Below, piece by piece: positions 8,663 through 18,639 of a stretch of 64,000 nt of DNA. The notes under the pieces are model-generated. The model did not search any database. It had not been told where the DNA came from and saw nothing but the letters and a program-made list of their open reading frames with translations. The stretch spans positions 30,964 through 94,963 of the forward strand of contig CAAFPE010000046.1 of the NCBI GenBank assembly GCA_900764755.1, read 5' to 3'. The translations under genes were made by a program, and so were the position numbers. Within the stretch, counting starts at the first letter, position 1, and each line of letters starts with the position of its first letter. Origin of the DNA: an uncultured Oscillospiraceae bacterium (lineage in GTDB: Bacteria; Bacillota; Clostridia; Oscillospirales; Oscillospiraceae).

Positions 8663-9430
8663 ATGTGGCCGGATTGGGAGCGGCTGACCCTGTTCCTCTA
8701 TATTACTGCGAGAATGAGCGGATTTGTCCTGTTTAACCCTCTTCTGGGACGAAGAAATCTGCCAGGGCTGTTCCGGGCGGGGCTGATTTTATCACTGTCA
8801 GCCTTTGTGTTTCCACTGGTACAGCAGCGTACGGCACTGCCCGGCGGAGCAACTCTCCTGGCACTCCGATTGCTTCTGGAGCTGGCTTTGGGTTTTGTTC
8901 TGGGTATGGTGATTGACTTTTTCTTCTACATTCCTCAACTGGCGGGACTGGTCATTGATACACAGATGGGCATGACCATGAATGAGATCTACGACGCTGG
9001 TGCCCAGGCCCATTTATCTGTTACCGGCCAATTTCTGAATGTGTTGATGATGGTCCTCTTTTTTGCAGCCAATGGGCATCATACACTTCTTCGCATTATA
9101 GTATCCTCTGGACAGGTAGTTCCATTTGGTGCAATTTCTTTTGGACCGGAGATTTCTAATGCTATGCTGTCGCTTTTTGTGGAGTGTACAGTTCTGGCTG
9201 TCAAACTATGTATGCCGATTTTGGCGGCAGAGCTGCTTGGACAGATCGGTATGGGAATCTTGATGAAAGCGATCCCCCAAATCAACGTGTTTTCCATCAA
9301 TATAGAGTTAAAAGTGCTGATTGGACTTGCTTTGCTGCTCATATTGGTAGCGCCGTTCAGCGAATTTCTTCTGGATGCAGAAATGGTGATGCTGGATAGT
9401 CTAGATGCTGTTTTGGAGTTGGCTGGGTGA
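8663..9430 (+). CDS. fliR: flagellar export apparatus protein FliR
   Basis: Polytopic membrane protein of about 255 aa, positioned after fliQ. Confidence 0.85.
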   Translation: MWPDWERLTLFLYITARMSGFVLFNPLLGRRNLPGLFRAGLILSLSAFVFPLVQQRTALPGGATLLALRLLLELALGFVLGMVIDFFFYIPQLAGLVIDTQMGMTMNEIYDAGAQAHLSVTGQFLNVLMMVLFFAANGHHTLLRIIVSSGQVVPFGAISFGPEISNAMLSLFVECTVLAVKLCMPILAAELLGQIGMGILMKAIPQINVFSINIELKVLIGLALLLILVAPFSEFLLDAEMVMLDSLDAVLELAG

Positions 9431-9460
9431 TGTGTGGCGTGATGTTAGGGGGGGCAGACC

Positions 9461-10516
9461 TTGGCAGACAGCTCTAAAACAGAAAAGGCAACACCGAAGA
9501 AACGACGGGATGAACGAAAAAAAGGCAATGTGTTTCTCAGCCAAGACGCAGTATCTGTTGCGACACTGCTGGCTTCTGTATTTGTTCTGCTCCTTATGGC
9601 GGATGCCTTAGTGACCCAATTAGGCAGTTTTTTTTCATATTGTGTAGCTAAGTGCGGGGAGAAGGCAGGCAGTGTGGAAATGCTGAAGGAGATCGGGATA
9701 CAGGCGGTCATTGTTTTTGTTAAGGCAGTTTTTCCAATTACGCTGGTGACCGCGTTTTGTGCGGTTGCTGCCACATTTGCACAGACGAGATTTCTGGTAA
9801 GCGGGGAGTTGCTGCGCCCCAAATTCAGCAGGATCAGTCCTATGCAGGGATTTAAGCGTCTTTTTTCCTTGCGAAGTGTCATTGATGCGCTGAAGGGAAT
9901 TTTGAAAATCACGCTGCTGTTGATCATCATTTTTCTAAGCCTGAAAAACCAGTTCTTAGAAAGCTCCAAGTATCTATATACGAGTTTGAGAGCATCGTGT
10001 GGGCACCTTTTTGAGAATGGAAAATGGATGGTCCTGTGGATCATCCTTGCATTCACCACGGTTGCGGCTCTGGACTTTATGTACCAGTGGTGGGATTATG
10101 AGCGGCAGCTGCGGATGAGCAAGCAGGAGGTCAAAGAGGAGTATAAACAGACCGAAGGTGATCCACAGATCAAGGGAAAAATCAAAGAGACACAGCGCAG
10201 AATGGCGCAGCGTCGTATGATGCAGCAGGTGCCACAGGCCGATGTTGTCATTCGAAATCCGACACATTTTGCAGTAGCACTTCGTTACCGTCCAGATTCT
10301 GATGATGCACCTGTGGCTGTGGCCAAAGGACAGGACGAGCTGGCTTTGCGGATCGTGCGCGTTGCAGAGGAGCATGGGGTTGCTGTGGTTGAAAATGTGT
10401 CCCTTGCCAGAGCACTGTATGCGCAGTGTGAATTGGATGGACAGATCCCACCAGAGTTGTACAGCGCTGTGGCGGAGGTGTTAGTATTCATTTTCAGACT
10501 GACAAAGAAAAGCTGA
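9461..10516 (+). CDS. flhB: flagellar export switch protein FlhB
   Basis: N-terminal DSSKTEKATPKKRRDERKKG, four TM helices and the NPTH autocleavage motif (VIRNPTHFAVAL). TTG start 8 nt after GGGGGGG. Confidence 0.9.
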   Translation: MADSSKTEKATPKKRRDERKKGNVFLSQDAVSVATLLASVFVLLLMADALVTQLGSFFSYCVAKCGEKAGSVEMLKEIGIQAVIVFVKAVFPITLVTAFCAVAATFAQTRFLVSGELLRPKFSRISPMQGFKRLFSLRSVIDALKGILKITLLLIIIFLSLKNQFLESSKYLYTSLRASCGHLFENGKWMVLWIILAFTTVAALDFMYQWWDYERQLRMSKQEVKEEYKQTEGDPQIKGKIKETQRRMAQRRMMQQVPQADVVIRNPTHFAVALRYRPDSDDAPVAVAKGQDELALRIVRVAEEHGVAVVENVSLARALYAQCELDGQIPPELYSAVAEVLVFIFRLTKKS

Positions 10517-10606
10517 GCTGTGTTGTTTTGTTTGATATAGGATTATGACTGCGCATTGTTTGAAAGTAGTTTATAAGTATATGCGGTACAGGGGGGTGAG
10601 CTGAAT

Positions 10607-12703
10607 ATGAAACGTATGTTGAAAATTGCGTTGGACAATGCTGTGGCGTTAGGCGTTATTATCATCATTTTGTTTTTGTTCATCCCTCTGCCAACATTTT
10701 TGCTGGACGTTTTATTGATTATCAATATTGGACTTTCCATCATGATCCTCATGATCACGATGAACATATCTGAAGCGCTCGAGTTTTCCATATTTCCATC
10801 GTTGCTGCTTGTGACGACGTTGTTTCGGCTCGGCTTGAATGTGTCCAGCACGAAGTTGATCCTCTCCACTGGCTATGCAGGCGAGGTCATTCAAAATTTC
10901 GGCCAGTTGATCACCAGTGGGAACATCGTGATCGGCGTGGTGATCTTCCTGATCATTGTTTTGGTTCAGTTCATTGTCATTACAAAGGGCGCGGAGCGTG
11001 TAGCTGAAGTGGCGGCTCGCTTTACTCTGGATGCCATGCCGGGTAAACAGATGGCCATCGATGCTGACTTGTCCTCCGGCCTCATCAATGAGCAGGAAGC
11101 TCGGATACGTCGTGGTAAGATTCAAAAGGAGGCAGATTTCTACGGTGCTATGGACGGCGCCACGAAAATCGTGAAAGGCGACGCTGTCATGTCCCTGATT
11201 ATCACGCTGATCAATTTTGTGGGTGGCGTGATCATTGGTGTTGTGATGGGCGGCGGCGACTTTAGTTCTGTACTTCAGAACTACTCGATTGTTACCATTG
11301 GCGATGGACTGGTTTCGCAGATGCCGGCCTTGATGATTTCCACGGCGACCGGCATGATTGTGACGCGGTCCGTTTCAGAGGGAAGCCTCAACAGGGATGT
11401 TGTGGGGCAGTTCAAGGCGCAGCCCCGCGCTTTCATGACCACAGGCGTCATTTTGATGTTCCTTGCGGCGATTCCTAACACACCCCATGTGTCTTTGGTG
11501 GTGGGTGGCATGGCGCTGATTGGCGGAGGCTATTTCATCAAGAAAAATATGGATCAGCAGCAGGCGGCCATAGAAGCGGATGCGGTTGAAAAGCAGGAGG
11601 AGCTTCCTCCAAGTGAGGGAGACTATTATAAGAATATCGACAATGTCTATACCCTTTTGAATGTAGAGCCTATTGAAATGGAATTTGGTTACAGCCTGAT
11701 TCCCATGGTGGATGAGAGTCATGGTGGAAAGCTGATCAACCGAATTGTGATTTTCCGCAGGCAGTATGCACAGGATATGGGGTTTGTGTTCCCATCGATT
11801 CGGATCCATGATGCATCTTCCCTGGGTACAAATCAATATGTGATTCGGATTCGAGGCGAAGAGGTGGCCAGAGGGGAAATCCTGGTGGATTACTATTTGG
11901 CACTGGAGCCGGCAAAGCCTTTGGGCGAGATCGATGGAATTGAGACCATTGAGCCGGCTTATGGGATTCCGTCCAGGTGGATCCTGCCGGAGGACCGGGA
12001 ACTTGCGGAGGTGTACGGATATACGGTGATCGATCCTCTGTCCGTTATGCTGACGCACCTTTCTGAGACGGTTAGAAAACATGCGTATGAACTGCTGAAT
12101 CGGGCAGAAACAATCCAACTGGTTGAAAATCTGAAGCGCTTTTCCCCTGAACTGGTTGAGGAAGCGGTGCCAGGTGTCGTTTCCTATGCGGTGCTGGAGA
12201 AGGTGCTCAGGAACTTGCTGAGAGAGGGAGTGCCGATCAAAGACCTGGGTACGATTCTTGAAACGCTTGTAGACGGGCTAAGTCAGGGCCGGGATATTGA
12301 GACTGCCACAGAGCAGGTGCGCGGAGCGCTGGCGCGGACAATCACACATCGCTTTTGTGAGGACGGGCAGCTGCGTGTTATCACACTGGATGCAGAAGTG
12401 GAGACGAAAATTGTGTCTTCGCTGACCCGCAACGAGCAGGGTGTCTATCTGGCACTTGGATCGGACCTGATGCAGCAGATCGTTGGACAGATGGGCGAGC
12501 ATATCCGGAAATTCAACGAGTTGTCACAACGGCCTATTATCTTAGTCAGCCAGGTCATTCGAGGGTATTTCAGCAAAATGATCACGCAGTTCTATCCGGA
12601 TGTCTATGTACTCTCCTTCAATGAGATAACAGGTTCCGTACAAATTCAGGCGATTGGTAACATTACCATGGACGCACCGGTCAGAAAGGCGGTGGGGACA
12701 TGA
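10607..12703 (+). CDS. flhA: flagellar export gate protein FlhA
   Basis: 698 aa with an FHIPEP family N-terminal TM domain and a cytoplasmic C-domain. Confidence 0.9.
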   Translation: MKRMLKIALDNAVALGVIIIILFLFIPLPTFLLDVLLIINIGLSIMILMITMNISEALEFSIFPSLLLVTTLFRLGLNVSSTKLILSTGYAGEVIQNFGQLITSGNIVIGVVIFLIIVLVQFIVITKGAERVAEVAARFTLDAMPGKQMAIDADLSSGLINEQEARIRRGKIQKEADFYGAMDGATKIVKGDAVMSLIITLINFVGGVIIGVVMGGGDFSSVLQNYSIVTIGDGLVSQMPALMISTATGMIVTRSVSEGSLNRDVVGQFKAQPRAFMTTGVILMFLAAIPNTPHVSLVVGGMALIGGGYFIKKNMDQQQAAIEADAVEKQEELPPSEGDYYKNIDNVYTLLNVEPIEMEFGYSLIPMVDESHGGKLINRIVIFRRQYAQDMGFVFPSIRIHDASSLGTNQYVIRIRGEEVARGEILVDYYLALEPAKPLGEIDGIETIEPAYGIPSRWILPEDRELAEVYGYTVIDPLSVMLTHLSETVRKHAYELLNRAETIQLVENLKRFSPELVEEAVPGVVSYAVLEKVLRNLLREGVPIKDLGTILETLVDGLSQGRDIETATEQVRGALARTITHRFCEDGQLRVITLDAEVETKIVSSLTRNEQGVYLALGSDLMQQIVGQMGEHIRKFNELSQRPIILVSQVIRGYFSKMITQFYPDVYVLSFNEITGSVQIQAIGNITMDAPVRKAVGT

Positions 12704-13518
12704 GTGATGAAACTGTTTGTGCAACGCAAACCTACACAGAGCAGGAGATTGCGTCAATGGATACCACTGACCTGCTGTTGCTCTATAAGCAGACTGGAGA
12801 TGCTACTCTTAAATGGCCGCTGGTCATGCGGTATGAGGATCTGATTCGAAATACAGCCCTTCGTGTTCGGAGTGTGTACAGCGGCTTTGCCCAGATTGAC
12901 GATATTGTGAACGAGGGTATTTTAACGCTGCTGAACGCGATTGATAAATTTGAACCAGAGCGAGGCGTTAAATTTGAAACCTATGTTGCGAAGCGGATTC
13001 GTGGAATGGTGTATGACCTTGCTCGAAAACAGGATTGGACGCCACGCAATATTCGTCAGCGTGCTGGGGAAATTGACCATGCAATGCAGGAGTTGACCGC
13101 TTCCTTGGGACGGTATCCAACGGAGGCTGAGTTGATTGCAAGCCTGGGAACGACGAAAGAACGATACCAGAAAGATGTAGCTGGGATTGTATTGAGCAAC
13201 ATCGTGTCGTTGGATATGCTTTTGGAGGTGAAGGATGCGGATGATTACAGAGTCGAGGTCCCGACTGGAGATGTCGCCGTGCAGCCTGAAAAAGCATTGG
13301 AGCGGAAAGAACTGCGCCGGACATTGGCGGAGGCCATCACGAAGCTGAAAGAGAATGAACAGATCGTGCTCTCGCTTTACTATGAAAAAAATCTGAGCAT
13401 GAAAGAGATTGCTCAGGTGATGCAGCTCAGTGGACCAAGAATCTCTCAAATTCATGCCAAAGCAATTGGAAAGCTGCAGGATTACATGAAACACTATCTC
13501 CAGGGCGAGGAGATCTAG
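12700..13518 (+). CDS. fliA: flagellar sigma factor FliA/SigD (sigma-28)
   Basis: Sigma-70 regions 2, 3 and 4 are present (region 4.2 HTH at KEIAQVMQLSGPRISQIHAKAI). ATGA overlap with the flhA stop. No flhF or flhG lies between flhA and fliA. Confidence 0.85.
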   Translation: MSDETVCATQTYTEQEIASMDTTDLLLLYKQTGDATLKWPLVMRYEDLIRNTALRVRSVYSGFAQIDDIVNEGILTLLNAIDKFEPERGVKFETYVAKRIRGMVYDLARKQDWTPRNIRQRAGEIDHAMQELTASLGRYPTEAELIASLGTTKERYQKDVAGIVLSNIVSLDMLLEVKDADDYRVEVPTGDVAVQPEKALERKELRRTLAEAITKLKENEQIVLSLYYEKNLSMKEIAQVMQLSGPRISQIHAKAIGKLQDYMKHYLQGEEI

Positions 13519-13547
13519 GCACACATATTATCGGGAAAGCAGAGGGG

Positions 13548-14303
13548 TTGAAGATGTTTAAGGGCTTTTATAACTTGACTTCTTCCATGCTGACACATCA
13601 GCAGAATTTGGATGTTATTGCCAACAATATGGTGAATATTTCCACCGCAGGCTATAAGCAGGGCCGGTATGTGGCCAGTACCTTTGATGAAGTGATGTAT
13701 AGCCGGGTGGGGAACAAGCAGCCTGCTGGGAGCGAAATTGGACGGCAGAGTTATATCAGGGCGGCCAGTCAGATCTATACCGACTATACGCAGGGTGTTT
13801 TGGAACCAACAGATATTCCATTGGACTTTGCTGTAAATGGAGATGGTTTTTTCGCCGTACAGGACGCAGATGGTGAAATCTCCTATACGCGGATGGGAAA
13901 CTTTTCTCTGGATGATGAGGGGTATCTCTGCTTGCCGGGATACGGTCAGATACTTGACCCTGAGATGCAGCCGATTTATCTGGGGACCGATAAAGTACAC
14001 GGTGGAGACCAAGGACTCATCTACTACGCCGATGGAGGCATCATTGGGCAGTTGGGGGTGTTCGCCTTTGACGATTTGGATGCTGTGGAGCATACAGCAC
14101 GCGGATTGTTGACAGGAAACGGTGCTCAGGCCATTCAAAACCCCAATGTGCTGAATGGATACTTGGAGCGTTCCAATACCGATATGGTGAAGCAGATGAC
14201 AGAAATGATCACATTTCAGAGAGCGCTGCAGAGTGCGGCACAGCTTTCTAAAATGTATGATCAACTGATGACCAAGGCAACGAGCGATGTTGGAAGACTG
14301 TAA
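13548..14303 (+). CDS. flagellar basal-body rod protein (FlgF/FlgG family)
   Basis: N-terminal rod motif (NNMVNISTAGYK) and C-terminal TFQRALQSAAQ motif. Confidence 0.8.
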   Translation: MKMFKGFYNLTSSMLTHQQNLDVIANNMVNISTAGYKQGRYVASTFDEVMYSRVGNKQPAGSEIGRQSYIRAASQIYTDYTQGVLEPTDIPLDFAVNGDGFFAVQDADGEISYTRMGNFSLDDEGYLCLPGYGQILDPEMQPIYLGTDKVHGGDQGLIYYADGGIIGQLGVFAFDDLDAVEHTARGLLTGNGAQAIQNPNVLNGYLERSNTDMVKQMTEMITFQRALQSAAQLSKMYDQLMTKATSDVGRL

Positions 14304-14321
14304 AGGTATGGGGATGAGAAC

Positions 14322-15068
14322 GTGAACCAGTCATTTTTTATTGGTGCGGTAGGAGCACATCAGCAGCAGAAGCGTATGGCTGTGCAGGGAAATAATATTG
14401 CGAATGTCAATACCTATGGCTTTAAGGCAGAGAAAGGCAGATTTTCTGCCCTGATGTACGAGAATGTAAAAGGTATTGACAATGCAGAACTTGCTTCTGG
14501 TGTTGGAGCCTGTCTATGGGCCACAGATACGGACTTTAGACCTGGAACGGCGGTCAGTACAGGGCAGGACCAGGATTATTTGATTGCTGGGGACGGTTTT
14601 TTTGCACTGGTGGATCTGGAAACCAATGAGGTGTCGCTGACCAGGAATGGGGCATTTAAAATTGCGGAGCTGCAACGTCCCTCTGAAGAAGTGGATGAGT
14701 ATGGGATGCCTGTGATGGAGAAGGTCATGTACCTTTCGGATGGAGATGGACGCTTTGTGCTGAGCAGTACAGGCGGTATGATTGAAGTGACGGACCGTAC
14801 AGCGGAGCAGCCGGTTGGTATTTTCGACTATATGAATTACAATGGCATGGAGCATATAGAAGGGACACGGTTTCTTGCGGTAGAAAAGAATGGCGGACTC
14901 CGCATGGGGCGCGGGACGCTGGTGCGCGGAATGCTGGAGACTTCCAACGTGGACTTGGCTGATGAAATCACAAAAGTGATCGAGTCCCAGCGTGCATACA
15001 GCATGGCACTGAAGATGGTTCAAACATCTGATGAAATTGAAACGACCATCAATAACCTGCGCGGATGA
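14322..15068 (+). CDS. flgG: flagellar basal-body rod protein FlgG
   Basis: N-terminal GNNIANVNTYGFK and C-terminal ESQRAYSMALKMV. GTG start. Confidence 0.8.
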   Translation: MNQSFFIGAVGAHQQQKRMAVQGNNIANVNTYGFKAEKGRFSALMYENVKGIDNAELASGVGACLWATDTDFRPGTAVSTGQDQDYLIAGDGFFALVDLETNEVSLTRNGAFKIAELQRPSEEVDEYGMPVMEKVMYLSDGDGRFVLSSTGGMIEVTDRTAEQPVGIFDYMNYNGMEHIEGTRFLAVEKNGGLRMGRGTLVRGMLETSNVDLADEITKVIESQRAYSMALKMVQTSDEIETTINNLRG

Positions 15069-15082
15069 TGGGGAGGAAAGCT

Positions 15083-15712
15083 ATGGCAATTCAAAGCTAT
15101 GATGAATTGAGTTCATTGGAACTCGATGCACTAAAAGAGATTGGAAGTATTGGAACTGGCAATGCGGCAACTGCGTTGTCCTCAATGATTGGAAAGCAGG
15201 TTCGGATTGAAGTGCCGGAAGTGCGTATCATGGGGTATAACGAAGCGATAGAATGGATCGGGGGTCCGGAGGAGATCACAGCGGGCGTCCTTGTAAAAAT
15301 CAGCGGCCAGATCAGCGGGATTATGTTATCTGTGCAGCAATTGGATTTTGTGAATCTGGTTTTGGGCAGTATGCTGGACAAATGCGTGGAGGACTATGGC
15401 GGACTGCATGAAATGGAATGCTCTGCGTTGATTGAGGTGGGGAATATCATGATCTCCACATTTATCAACGCTTTGAGTGATTTGGCTGGAATCAACATTG
15501 AACTGACCGTGCCGGCGTTTACTGTGGATATGCAGGGTGCTATTATGGCGGTGCCGATGGCTGAGTATGGCGGGCAGTCAGACTATATTATGACGATCGG
15601 CGGAGATTTTGTCTGTGAAGGAAAGAAAACTCCATGCCGCCTGCTTTTGTCCCCAGAGATCCGTTCCTTGAATTATCTATTGGGAAAGTTGGGCGTAATC
15701 AGTGGAAGATAA
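15083..15712 (+). CDS. cheC: chemotaxis phosphatase CheC
   Basis: Two CheC repeats (LDALKEIGSIGTGNAATALS and EVGNIMISTFINALS). ATG at 15083 follows a GGGGAGGAAAG RBS. An alternative ATG at 15065 overlaps the flgG stop. Confidence 0.8.
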   Translation: MAIQSYDELSSLELDALKEIGSIGTGNAATALSSMIGKQVRIEVPEVRIMGYNEAIEWIGGPEEITAGVLVKISGQISGIMLSVQQLDFVNLVLGSMLDKCVEDYGGLHEMECSALIEVGNIMISTFINALSDLAGINIELTVPAFTVDMQGAIMAVPMAEYGGQSDYIMTIGGDFVCEGKKTPCRLLLSPEIRSLNYLLGKLGVISGR

Positions 15713-16184
15713 ACTTGTTATTGGCATCGCTGATATGAAAATGGCAAAAGAACGCGGAATGCTGGTGACGTACGCTTTAGGTTCCTGCATCGGTATCTGT
15801 TTCTATGACGCAAAGATTAAATTGGGCGCTATGGTCCATATTATGCTGCCCATCAATATGGAAACCGGGCGCACTCATACCATGAAATACGCTGATACTG
15901 GAATTCGAGAGACCATAAGACTGATGGAAGCCAAAGGGGCACTGCGAAGCCGGATCACAGCAAAAATTGCTGGAGGTGCAAAAATGTTTTCGGTCAGCGG
16001 CGGCGGAGCCCTTGGAAATATCGGACAGCGAAATATTGAGAGTGTGCATTTGTGTTTGAAACGGGAAAACATTCGCATTCTCAGGGAGGATGTAGGAGGA
16101 AGCTCGGCCCGTACGCTGCTGTTTGATGTTTCAAATGGTATGGGCTGTGTGCGCTGCTATGGCAAGCCAGAACTCATTATTTGA
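15702..16184 (+). CDS. cheD: chemoreceptor glutamine deamidase CheD
   Basis: N-terminus LVIGIADMKMAK...ALGSCIGICFYD is collinear with B. subtilis CheD. GTG start overlaps the cheC stop. Confidence 0.85.
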   Translation: MEDKLVIGIADMKMAKERGMLVTYALGSCIGICFYDAKIKLGAMVHIMLPINMETGRTHTMKYADTGIRETIRLMEAKGALRSRITAKIAGGAKMFSVSGGGALGNIGQRNIESVHLCLKRENIRILREDVGGSSARTLLFDVSNGMGCVRCYGKPELII

Positions 16185-16213
16185 CGATTCACTCGGAAAG
16201 GAGCGTTACGGAT

Positions 16214-17128
16214 ATGTTGGAGGATAATAAAAAGGGGATCTTGTTGGAGTCCGGTACAAACGAAATCGAGGTCATGCAGTTTACCATTGATGGGAGCCTG
16301 TATGGGATCAACGTTGCGAAAGTGAAAGAGATCCTCGTTTCTGAGCCGGTGAAACCCATGCCGCACTCGCATCCTGCCGTCGAGGGAATTTTTAAGCCAC
16401 GCGATACCGTGCTGACGGTGGTAGATCTGCCGAAATACTTGTTGGGTGAACCCCACGAGAAGGTTCCGAAAGATCTGTTCATTGTCACCAACTTCAACAA
16501 AATGAATATCGCGTTTCGTGTTAATACCGTGGTGGGGATCAGCCGAATTTCCTGGAAGGACATACAGAAGCCGGATAAGACCGTGTCTGGTGGAGAAGAG
16601 GGGGTTGCCACCGGGATTGCACAGTGTGGAGAAGAGTTGGTTACGATTCTGGATTTTGAGAAAATCGTTGCAGAGATTGCGCCGGAGACTACCATCCAGA
16701 TGTCGGAAATCGACCGCCTGGGGAATCGGGAGCGGAGCGATGCTGCAATTTTGGTCGCTGAGGATTCTGTATTGCTCAGCAGGATGATCGAGGAGGCCCT
16801 GCACAAGTCTGGTTATGTCAATACGAAAATGTTTCCAGATGGTCAGGCACTGTGGGATTACCTGGAGACTCTTCGGGGCAGAGAGGATATGGGAGATCTT
16901 GTGGCGCTGATTATCACAGATATTGAGATGCCGCAGATGGATGGACACCGCCTTACAAAGCTGATTAAGGATGATAAGATGTTCAAGCATCTTCCCGTGA
17001 TTATTTTCTCCTCTCTCATTACTGAGGAGATGCGTAAGAAAGGCAAGGAAGTTGGGGCGGACGAGCAGATGAGCAAGCCTGAGATCGGGCATCTGGTTCA
17101 GGTGATTGACCACCTGCTGTACAGGTAA
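16214..17128 (+). CDS. cheV: chemotaxis coupling protein CheV (CheW-like plus REC domains)
   Basis: N-terminal CheW-like domain (ILLESGTNEIEVMQF...YGINVAKVKEIL) and C-terminal REC (ILVAEDS...ITDIEMPQMDG). AGGAG RBS before the ATG at 16214. Confidence 0.85.
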   Translation: MLEDNKKGILLESGTNEIEVMQFTIDGSLYGINVAKVKEILVSEPVKPMPHSHPAVEGIFKPRDTVLTVVDLPKYLLGEPHEKVPKDLFIVTNFNKMNIAFRVNTVVGISRISWKDIQKPDKTVSGGEEGVATGIAQCGEELVTILDFEKIVAEIAPETTIQMSEIDRLGNRERSDAAILVAEDSVLLSRMIEEALHKSGYVNTKMFPDGQALWDYLETLRGREDMGDLVALIITDIEMPQMDGHRLTKLIKDDKMFKHLPVIIFSSLITEEMRKKGKEVGADEQMSKPEIGHLVQVIDHLLYR

Positions 17129-17285
17129 ATAGGGTCCGTTCGCGGTAGCATGAAGCTTGCAAGGACTTCTTGCTTGGACATACCGCAGTTTAGTTGACAG
17201 GGATGTATCAGACGGTCAAGTCACCTGGCGTATGGGTTGGGAAGTGCTCCCTGCATAGAAAAAGTATATTGTGGAGGTAAGCGCC

Positions 17286-18590
17286 ATGGCCAATAAGTAT
17301 ATTGTGAGACAGGCAATCAAGGATGCGAAGGGCGAGATCCTTGGTTATGAGATCCTGTATCACGGAGAGAATCAGGCATTCGGCAGTGATGCTGGCGCCG
17401 CCAATGACTTCGCCGCGGCGGATACAATTTACAGCTTTCTGACTCAGAACAGCACAAGAGGATTGAAAGGGTCATTAAATTTTATGACCTTCACCACTAT
17501 GCTTTTGATGAAAAAAACCCCGAAGCTATTCGATAAATCGGAACTTGTGATCCAAATCGATGATAGTGTGATCATTCATCCACTGTCGATGCACTTTGTG
17601 CATCAGTATGCCAAAGAGGGCTATAAAATCGCGGTCAACGAGTTCCAGTTTGCTCCACGTTACCTGACGCTGCTGGATAGTATCGATTATATCAAGCTCA
17701 ATATCCAGACATCTGCCGATCTCGCCATGCATAATACGATCGATATTGCCCACAGCATGAATAAGAAGTGTATCGTCACAAACATCCGCACAGAGGAGGA
17801 GTATAACCGGGCGGTTACCTTGGGCGCGGATGCGCTGGAGGGGCCATACGTTGCAGATAGGCTGACAACGAAGGCGCACAGCGGAGCCTACCTTCAGAGC
17901 AATTTCTTCCGCCTGATGGTGGCGGTGACAAAGGATGAACCGGATGTGGATGAAATCGAACGGCTCATCTCCATGGATGCGGGACTGACCTATGGTCTTT
18001 TGAAAATAGCGAACTCCGTATACTTTGCACTGCGCCACCGGGCTACCACAATTCATCAGGCCATCATGACCCTTGGGCTGGGTCAGTTGAAGCAGTGGAT
18101 CTATCTCCTCAGCGCCAGCAACGCCAATGGCGAACAGGTGGATTCTGGGACAGAGGAGTTTTTGAAGCTTTCTTTCATGCGGGCTAACTTCTGCAGCGAG
18201 TTGATGAAGTATGCGGCAGATATGCCGATTTCCAAATCGGAAGCCTATCTTATGGGGATGTTCTCCACGCTGAATCATCTGATCGAGGCACCATTGGAGG
18301 AGATCCTGAACGAAGTTCCGGTTGCCGAGGAGATCAAGTCCGCACTGCTTCGGAAAGAGGGGCGCTGCGGAAAGCTGTATGAGTTGGTTTTGAGTTATGA
18401 GGCGGCGGATTGGAATGCCATCAGCAGCCTGGCCGAAGAGTTGGAAATTCCCAATCAGGTACTTACCAATGTGTATTTCGTGTGTATGGAAAACGTGAAT
18501 GTTTTGTGGGAGCAGTTAAACCACTCATACGTGGAGGCGGAGCCGGATCCCAATTCCAGTGCGCAGCAGGAAAAAAAGCCTGGCATTTAA
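17286..18590 (+). CDS. EAL-like (apparently degenerate) plus HDOD domain protein; putative c-di-GMP sensor or phosphodiesterase
   Basis: The N-terminus resembles an EAL domain (GEILGYEILYHG, with EIL in place of EAL). The DDFGTG-equivalent region reads NEFQF and the IKID-equivalent reads IKLN. The C-terminal half is HDOD-like (GLTYGLLKIANSVYF...). GGAGG RBS before the ATG at 17286. Confidence 0.6.
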   Translation: MANKYIVRQAIKDAKGEILGYEILYHGENQAFGSDAGAANDFAAADTIYSFLTQNSTRGLKGSLNFMTFTTMLLMKKTPKLFDKSELVIQIDDSVIIHPLSMHFVHQYAKEGYKIAVNEFQFAPRYLTLLDSIDYIKLNIQTSADLAMHNTIDIAHSMNKKCIVTNIRTEEEYNRAVTLGADALEGPYVADRLTTKAHSGAYLQSNFFRLMVAVTKDEPDVDEIERLISMDAGLTYGLLKIANSVYFALRHRATTIHQAIMTLGLGQLKQWIYLLSASNANGEQVDSGTEEFLKLSFMRANFCSELMKYAADMPISKSEAYLMGMFSTLNHLIEAPLEEILNEVPVAEEIKSALLRKEGRCGKLYELVLSYEAADWNAISSLAEELEIPNQVLTNVYFVCMENVNVLWEQLNHSYVEAEPDPNSSAQQEKKPGI

Positions 18591-18604
18591 TGCCAGGCTT
18601 TCTG
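18575..18604. terminator. bidirectional rho-independent terminator between the convergent EAL-HDOD and ComFB-domain genes
   Basis: AAAGCCTGGCAT-tta-ATGCCAGGCTTT forms a 12-bp stem with an A-run on one side and a T-run on the other. The EAL-HDOD stop codon TAA forms the loop. Confidence 0.7.
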
Positions 18605-18639
18605 TGCGTCGAAAATGGTGAACAGAGCGATGGAACTGC

